Assembly (NCBI RefSeq): GCF_006345805.1
Contig: NC_043012.1
Location: 12,028,001-12,092,000, forward strand
Origin: Octopus sinensis
Lineage: Eukaryota
Length of the DNA stretch: 64,000 nt
Reading direction: 5' to 3'
Made by a program: the position numbers and the translations under genes. The notes under the pieces were generated by a model. It did no database searches. It was not told where the DNA came from and saw only the letters and a program-made list of their open reading frames with translations. Positions 55,726-64,000 of this stretch are shown here, in pieces; the first letter of the stretch is position 1, and each line of letters begins with the position of its first letter.

Positions 55726-56633
55726 GGGGAGGTGCGACGACGTTCTCTGGCAGAATCTGGGCGTCGATGAGGAAAACTTGACCCGCCTGTTCAAGACAAC
55801 TTTCGGGCCGGGACCTATGAACAATCACCAAAGGCCCGTGGTCTGGCAGTGCTATCGAGAAGCATTACCTGTTCGGGATAAGCTCTACAGGCACGGTTCG
55901 AGACACACCAGACAGACTTGCTCGAGATGCAGTCAGAGCGACGAAACCTTTCTGCACGCACTCGTGCAGTGTCCAACTACTTGGGACCTGTGGGCTCATG
56001 CCAAACGGCTGCTGTCACGTGTCCTGTCGGTCGAGTCTATCGTGATAATTGCTCCGCCATCTTCCCTCAACCGGGAAGGCAAGGCAGTTTTCATCGTACT
56101 GGTGGCCATGGTGAAAGAATGTGTGCGGTGGACTCGAGTGAAAGGATTAGAGACAAACACTCACTTCTCTGGCCAATCGCTCATCAACTTTTTCAAATAC
56201 CACTTGAAAAGGAAGGTGAGAATGGAGGGGCAGGTTTTGTCTCGTGAAAGTTTCAAAAAAAGGGGGTGAATGTAGCAAAGATGGTGCGTGCGAGCGACGA
56301 AACTACTTTGAGCATGATCCTGTAAATCGAAAAGAGAGACAGAGAGAGAGGGAGAGCACTTTGCTCTCACGTGTTTATTCTCTCCTTACCGTGGTCTTTT
56401 CCGTAGGCTTTTCTTTCCACGGATAAACCTAAACTTGCTTCTTACATTAACATTTTTTGTCTGTGATACACGATCCCTTTTGATCGCCCACCCCTTTTTT
56501 CCCCGATGCTTTTGATCGTAATTTTACATTCTTTTTCTCTTTCTTCCCTTTTTCTTTTTCATTTCCCCAAAGAAAAGCTTTACATTTGTATTTGTCCCAT
56601 CTTTGTTCAGCTCTGTGTGGCCAATAAAGAAAG
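55726..56633 (+). mobile_element. Tx1/L1-clade LINE, 5'-truncated (zf-RVT C-terminus and 3' UTR)
   Basis: WQCYREALPVRDKL...CSRC-x5-ETFLHALVQC...W is an L1/Tx1 ORF2 zinc knuckle; the 3' UTR ends AATAAAGAAA; TATCTATCTAT lies on both sides. Confidence 0.88.
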
Positions 56634-56688
56634 TTATCTATCTATATATCTATCTTTTCAGGATATATACACATGATGTAGGTAGTAA

Positions 56689-56727
<39 letters not shown>

Positions 56728-56829
56728 TATATAATATTATATTATTATATAATAATATTAGGGAGTAAATCCAAACTTACAGGAAAAATTAGATTTAGGA
56801 TTAAATCCTTTTATAGTATAAATATATAT

Positions 56830-57443
56830 TATATTAAATTAGAGATAAAACCACTATTAGGCACATCAAACAGTGAAAATCATAAGCCAATACATAGAAA
56901 AAAATTAATTAAAAAAATATAAAATATAAAATTCCAAATTAAAATATATAAATTAAAGTTAAAATTTTAAAATTATTTAAATAATTTAAACTATAAATTT
57001 TAAATATGTATATATATATATATATATATATAAAAATATTTTTTACATATTATTTTGTTGTAAATTATGTAACTATCAAAATGTATTAAAAGTTTAATAT
57101 AAGATAAATAGTAAATAGTAAATACTATTTATCTTATATTAAACTTTTAATACTTTTTGATAGTTATATAATTTACAAAAAAAGAATAAATAAATAAAAA
57201 AAGATAAATATATATATATAATATAATATATATATATATATCATATATTATTTAAATTATAAGTTTAAATTATTTAAATAATTTTAAAATTTAACTTAAT
57301 TTAAGTATTTTAATTTGGAATTTTATATTTTATATTTTTATATTTATATTTTATATTTTTTTAATTAATTTTTTTTTATGTATTGGCTTATGATTTTCAC
57401 TGTTTGATTTGCCTAATAGTGGTTTTATCTCTAATTTAATATA
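56830..57443. repeat. ~610-bp AT-rich quasi-palindrome centred near 57118
   Basis: TTAAATTAGAGATAAAACCACTATTAGGCA...TGCCTAATAGTGGTTTTATCTCTAATTTAA; the inner arms are also complementary. Confidence 0.92.
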
Positions 57444-57977
57444 ATATATATATATCTTTTTAATTTATGTATAGGATTATAGGAAACGTTTGAAAATGCA
57501 AATAAAGCTACTATTCCCTTATGCCGACCACTTTCTAATGATGCTGACTGGAGAACCAGTTTTTCGGGGTTGCAACGAGCTGTACCGATATAATATAGGA
57601 TAAATATAATAATAATAGCAATAATCCTTGGACACGGAATTTATAAACATTTAATGCATCGCTACGCGCATTTCCACACACTACATGTCTCTTAAGATCA
57701 CAGTCTCTATTCCTAGGATTATTACAGCGTAGTCCCTAGTATCCGTGAGCATTGGGTAGATCATCATGCATTTATTTCTTCAGGCGATATCGCATTAATG
57801 GGTTGTATAACAGAGGGATGTTTATCCTATTTTACAAGTATGAATGTTAAGCATACCATACATACACATACATACACATGCACATACAGATAGGGTTCAT
57901 TAGATAAACAGATATGTATTGCCTGGAAGAATGCATGTATGTATATTATATACATATGCACGTATGTAAATATATGT

Positions 57978-58124
57978 ATAGGCACATTTGTGGCTGTTTT
58001 GTAAGAAATTTGCTTCTCAGTCACATGTCCCCGGGTTCAGTTGCACGTTGTGGCACCTTGACCTCGGGCCGAACAAAACCTTGAGTGTGATTTGGTAGAC
58101 GGTAACTGAAAAAAGCCTTTCGTG
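57978..58124 (+). mobile_element. SINE family A 5' half (degenerate)
   Basis: TGTGGCTGTTTTGTAAG...GGGTTCAG...GGCACCTTG...TTTGGTAGACGG. Confidence 0.7.
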
Positions 58125-58668
58125 TATCTATCTATCATATTATAGAACATGTGTTCATGCTTTATGAAACTCAAATTTCATGCTCAAAGCAGAGAGTTCA
58201 GCTATAACTAGAGCCAAAACGACTACAGCTATGTCGATGCTTAAAGGTTGTTGTGACTTTCATGCTTTTCTAAAGTGTATTCAAGGAATCAGTGAAATGG
58301 TTGCAACACGGAATTTTACCTAGGCCGTAAATGTAGTTAGTTTCGAAGCAGTATATCACATGAATCGTCATCATCATCACCGTCGTCATCGTTGTCGTCA
58401 TTGTCGTAGTCATCATCATCATCATCATCATCATCGTCGTCGTCGTCGTCGTCGTCGTCATCATCATCATCACTTTGTAATGTCTCTCCGAAGCTTACTT
58501 AGGCTTCGTTTTTCTTTCATCTCTTTCAATGTATTTAAATGAAATACTGACAATAACATGAAATTTTAAGCAATACATGTGTATAAACATACATACATTC
58601 ATATCTATCTATCTATCAACCTACCTATACGTATATACACTTATTCATGTATATGTATATATATAATA

Positions 58669-58701
<33 letters not shown>

Positions 58702-59028
58702 ACATACACACATACAACATATGCATACACACGCACGCATACACACTGACACGCGTATACTCGTATATACAAAATAATTTTTTAACTAATTCGAAACAGA
58801 TGTTAATACAGCGAGTAAATAATATGTAACTTCTTAAAAACATCTTTTCATAAACATAATTTCTTTCAGAGCAGGATGAAACAAAAACAGTTTACTATTT
58901 TCCGAAGACTGATTGATCTGGAATATGTTTTACTATCTCTGCTAATATTGAAAAATCGATTTCCAAAAATATTGAGATTTGGCTTTTAATTTTGTGGTTC
59001 ATTTAATCAATTTTTTTTATAACTTCAA

Positions 59029-59060
<32 letters not shown>

Positions 59061-59083
59061 TATATATGAACATATATATACAT

Positions 59084-59119
<36 letters not shown>

Positions 59120-59247
59120 CATAAATTACATTATTCTTTATATGAAATGATCGAATTACGTTCAACGAGAGTTAATTTCTTTGGTCTTGAGGTAGCGTAT
59201 TTACAGAATAAGATTGGTGCAGGTTGAAATTGGTAAAACATAATCTA

Positions 59248-59316
<69 letters not shown>

Positions 59317-59632
59317 CTGTCTGTCCGTCCGTCTGTCTGTCTACCTTTCTATCTACTTGCCTGTCTGTGTTTGTTGTGTCTGTTGTGTTTGTGCCTCTGA
59401 GCGTGTGTAAAACTGTTTGTCTGTGTGTCGCTCTGTGTCTGTTTCTCTCTGTCTCTGTTAGCCTCTCTCACTCACTCATACTCTCTCTCTCTCTCTCTCT
59501 CTGACTATCGGTGCTATTACACAGATTTGTAAATATTAATTTATACATATATATATATATATTCATACACACACTTATACAAGTGTGTGTCTACATATCA
59601 ACACAGACACAAGCATAAAGATGCATATATGT

Positions 59633-59664
<32 letters not shown>

Positions 59665-60142
59665 AATGCACACGCACATGCACACACACAGACACACACA
59701 CATAACACATACACACATACACACCCGTACATACGACCCAGTGTCCAGTGAACGATAATCAAGAAGAGAAAAATTATATAATATGCTGGTAGCGGCAATA
59801 CCTCAATCTTTGGATGCATTCCCATTTGGCAGTATTCAGATAATAATTATTTTATTTTCACGATATCATCTTATGTGAAGTTTCTGTTTGTGTGATTGTG
59901 TTCCTTTTTTTTTCTTTTTTGCATGTGCTGTTTTTACTTGGTTTGTTTTATTTCTACTTTCAGCTCGTTTACGTCTACTGTTTGTTTGGCTTATGTTTCT
60001 ACGAGATTTCGTTTTTGTAGTTGATTCATTTTAAAGTTATAGCTCGTATTCCATCGACAGATAAAAGTCTTGTTGGTTCAAATCACGCTTAATCAAGTCT
60101 GCATCGTTTTATCGCGTTATTTAAAAAAAAAAAATTTCCGAT

Positions 60143-60299
60143 GGAGTGGCAGTGTGGTAAGTAGCTTTCTTAGCAACCACATCGTTCCGGGTTCATTCCC
60201 ACTGCGTGGCACCTTGGGCAAGTGTCTTCTACTATAACCTCGGGCCGACCAAAATCCTGTGAGTGGATTTGTTAGACGGAAACTGAAAGACGCCCGTCG

Positions 60300-60330
<31 letters not shown>

Positions 60331-60544
60331 ATACTTCTGTGTCTGTGTTTGTCCCCTCAACATCGCTTGACAACCGATGCTGGTGTGTTTACGTCTCCGT
60401 AACTTAGCGGTTCGGCAAAATGGACCGATAGAATAAGTACTAGACTTACAAAGAATAAGTGCTGGGGTTGATTTGCTAGACTAAAGGCAGTGCTCCAGCA
60501 TGGCCGCAGTCAAAATAACTGAAACAAGTAAAAGAGTAAAAGAG
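60143..60544 (+). mobile_element. Full-length tRNA-derived SINE family A (partial CORE-like segment, internal TA/TG microsatellite, GTAAAAGA tail repeats)
   Basis: A box TGGCAGTGTGG, B box GGGTTCATTCCC, GCACCTTGGGCAAGTGTCTT; many copies in the window. Confidence 0.92.
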
Positions 60545-60900
60545 ATGTAGCTGTTTGTTTGTTTAAATCCATTGTGGCTTTATTTTATTGTTGGTGATTA
60601 AGAAGACGCTTAATTTTTAATGGTGGTGATTGTATTGCCTTTTGGTGTTGATGGTGGTAGTGTTAGTGTTGATGTAAGAGAGTGGTGAAGAGTAAGATTT
60701 GATAGATTGACAGACCCGCAGACAGATAGAAAGACTGATAGATAGGCAGACAGACAGACAGACAAATAGATAAACAGACAGACCGACAGATTGATTGATA
60801 GATAGATAAATAGATAGATAGACAGAGACAGATAGACAGACAGATAGACAGATAGATAGATAGGTATATAGATAGATAGATGGCTATATAGATATATATA

Positions 60901-61286
60901 TCTCTCTCTATATAAACGGCAGTTTGTCTGTGCGTGTTTCTGTGTGTCTGTTTTCTCGTACCCTCACTCTGACCACGGCTTTCCAACCGATTCTGATGAA
61001 ACTTGACACACACATAGCCCAATGTCATAATTCAAAACTAACGCAGCGAAAAGTTTGAAAATTCCCCCAGTTCTGAAAAAAAATCGATAAATTCGACATG
61101 GGGTCGAGAATCAGAAGCCCAAACCACAGACCGTCTAGGGGACGCAACTCCACCTTTTTTAACTTTCAAAAAAAATTTACCATCATTTTTTTTTCATTTT
61201 TTTGCTATTTTTTGGCTATAACTCTCTAAAAATGCTTTATAGTTATTTCCCTTACAAACCTGAGCAACGCCGGGCGATACTGCTAG
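60901..61286 (+). mobile_element. Non-autonomous Helitron
   Basis: Inserted as A|TC...CTAG|T, with a subterminal hairpin CCTGAGC-AAC-GCCGGG about 8 nt before CTAG. Confidence 0.85.
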
Positions 61287-61451
61287 TATATATTAAATGT
61301 GACCTAAAATAACTATCACATAACTCTGAAAGACACACACTCCGTGTTTTAACGGATCATACTCAACCAAATGCACTCACACAAAGGCGCACGCTTACAT
61401 ACACACACGTATTTATGTCTGTCTGTCTCTATCTGTCTGTCTACCTTTCTT

Positions 61452-61514
<63 letters not shown>

Positions 61515-61524
61515 GCTATCTACC

Positions 61525-61880
61525 TGGCACGTATGAATGACGAAGCCACATTGAGTATGATCCTGTGAACCCGGAAAAATTTAAAACAGAGAGTTACTTA
61601 CTTGCAAATAAATGTGTTAACATGTGACACTATTGACCGAGGTTACCGTGATCTTTTCCGTAGACTTTTCTTTTCACGGATAAACCTTATCTGTTTCCCC
61701 CTTTACACTTTATATCATGACATTTCCGTGATACAAGATCCCTATTGATCGTTTTTTTCTTTCCTTTTTACGATCCCTTTTGATCGAAAACCTACCCCCT
61801 TTTTTTCTCTCCCACAAAAGAAAAGCTCTACCTGGTAATTTGTCCCGTATGTGTTTCAGCCTGTGTGGCTAATAAAGAAA
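61525..61880 (+). mobile_element. Second, shorter copy of the Tx1/L1-clade LINE 3' end
   Basis: Colinear with 56282-56632 (GAGYATGATCCTGT, TTACCGTGRTCTTTTCCGTAG, CACGGATAAACCT, CGATCCCTTTTGATCG); starts directly after (TCTA)n. Confidence 0.85.
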
Positions 61881-61902
61881 TATATATATATACATATATA
61901 AT

Positions 61903-61942
<40 letters not shown>

Positions 61943-62559
61943 ATATATATATATATATACACACATATATATACTATATATATATAATATATATATTATA
62001 TATATAAGCATTTAGATGGACATTGGACAGAATGACGCTTAACCGAGAAGCACAGAGATTCAGTTACGTAAACATACGACCTCTGGACACACATAGTGTT
62101 TTATATTGGAACTGTCTGTCTTTCCAGTCCACGATATTGGCAGCACTGCATTAACCTAGGATATTGCAGACAAGCTGGCCTTTACTTAGTTTCTGTGATA
62201 TATTATGCAAAACAGTGGAATCTAATCACGCAATTTTTTCTTGTGTCACAAAACAATGCGTGCTTGAAAGATTACTCTGCCAGGTTAAGAAACGCAAAAA
62301 GGTGCCAAATTTATATATTTGATCTTCGTACCAGTAAATATACATCTAGACAGAAATATGATATCTTGATCAATACAACTTATAGAATTCTCTGTCCAAT
62401 GATTTATAACAGCCTTGGGAAAGATTATGCTTAACCGATGAGATGACACAGAATAGAAATATATCCGTTTTAGTTTCGATACCTTCTTACAGAGGTCAGT
62501 GTTTCGTCCTAAGCATGAAAATTCAATATTATCTTTGACATTTTACCAAAAAACGTATT

Positions 62560-62900
62560 TCAGCCACTAGACTGTCGCCATACTGGGGCACCGCCTTGAA
62601 ATATTTAATTCAACAAATCGTCCCAGGCAGTTATTTTTAAGAAAAGAAGTCCTGTCCTTTTTCTATCGTTTTTGTTGCCAAGCCACTACGTTACAGGAAC
62701 ATAAGCAAACCAACAGCAGCTGTCAAGCGGTTGTGGGGACAAACACAAGCACACCAACACACGCGCCAGCACATACACACACACACACACACACACAGAC
62801 ACACACACACACATACACAGACATGATGGGCTTCCTTAGTTTCCGTCCAAGTTGACGCACAGCTTGACTGAATCTGAAACCACTCGGTTGCAAAGTCAGC
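62560..62900 (-). mobile_element. Degenerate SINE family A
   Basis: GCCATACTGGGGCACCGCCTT, TGTCAAGCG, GGGACAAACACA. Confidence 0.7.
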
Positions 62901-62983
62901 TTCTAACTCATGCCTAAAATATTATTGATCCGTAAAGTAGGGGAAATTATCTCCCCTTCTCTTTCATAGTCACTAACAAGCAT

Positions 62984-63401
62984 CTCTTTACCCTTTTACT
63001 CGTTTCAGTCATTTGACTGCGGCCATGCTGGAGCACCGCCTTTTAGTCGAGCAAATCGACCCCAGCACTTATTCTTTGGAAGCCCAGTACTTATTCTATC
63101 GGTCTCTTTTGCCGAACCGCTAGGTTACGGGGACGTAAACACACCAGCATCGGTTGTCAAGCGATGTTGGGAGGACAAACACACGCACACAAACATACAC
63201 ACACACACACACACACACACCACACCACACACACACACATATGTATATATATATATATACATACGACGGGCTTCTTTCAGTTTCCGTCTACCAAATCCAC
63301 TCACAAGGCTTTGATCGGCCCGAGGCTATAGTAGCAAACACTTGCCCAAGGTGCCACGCAGTGGGAATGAACCCGAAACCATGTGGTTGGTAAGGAAGCT
63401 A
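62984..63401 (-). mobile_element. Near full-length SINE family A
   Basis: Close reverse complement of 60143-60544. Confidence 0.92.
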
Positions 63402-63892
63402 GTTTGATTTCTACAAATCAGAGGTAACTTTTAATTCATCTGGGTTTGTTTTTGATGTAGTCATTTAAATAAATGATATGGAAAATGGCTTAGAAATTTT
63501 ACTAGACGCAATTGTATTTATTGGCTTGGTTTATTATTACAAGACAGGAACGTAATTCATTTCGCAGCTGAGCTTATAGACTAAAGATATTCTTACATAT
63601 ATAAGTACAAGGTATGTATCGACTTGAATAATTTTATATCGACCTGGGTAACGTTTGTCTGTTAACGATTAATAGAATATCTGCTTAGAAATAGGGAAAC
63701 ATAGAATGTCTTATTCCCTTTTCTCTGGTAATTTCATAAAGTTTATTACAATGGTATTTTGGACTTAGATCACGAGGCATGAAATAATCAACCAAATTTG
63801 TAAAATACGGTCATTATACGCACACCTGTGGACACAGGTACACCCCCCTCCAAACACCCCCACACATTTAGATATATATTTTTCCTGTAATT

Positions 63893-64000
63893 GGTTTCAG
63901 TCATTTGACTGCGGCCATGCTGGAGCAGCACCTTTAGTCGACCAAATCGACCCCAGGACTTATTCTTTGTGAGCCTAGTACTTATTCTATCGGTCACTTT
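63893..64000 (-). mobile_element. SINE family A 3' end, running off the window
   Basis: GTTTCAGTCATTTGACTGCGGCCATGCTGGAGCA. Confidence 0.9.

Noticed and set aside
60147-60158. miR-34-like TGGCAGTGTGGT
   Set aside because: It is the A-box region of a SINE head.

Overview
AT-rich, microsatellite-saturated eukaryotic DNA with no complete protein-coding gene. The SINE repertoire and repeat landscape suggest an intronic or intergenic region of an octopus (coleoid cephalopod) genome; this is an inference from recalled repeat families. Nearly all ORFs in the supplied track are microsatellite translation artefacts. The recognisable coding remnants are all from transposons: two R4/Dong-clade LINEs, a Tx1/L1-clade LINE and several Tc1/mariner transposases. 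The window also holds many tRNA-derived SINEs (CORE-like and Nin/Deu-like), Helitron, Helentron and hAT non-autonomous elements, and Penelope-like termini. The most interesting observations are: (1) four type I hammerhead ribozyme folds, three of them inside fold-back units; (2) a SINE whose 42-nt 3' tail matches the 3' end of the Tx1/L1-clade LINE in the same window; (3) shuffling of head, body and tail modules among SINEs; (4) different retroelements associated with different microsatellites; (5) a textbook recursive-splice-site motif; (6) a few candidate micro-exons. All folds and alignments were done by eye and element boundaries are approximate.
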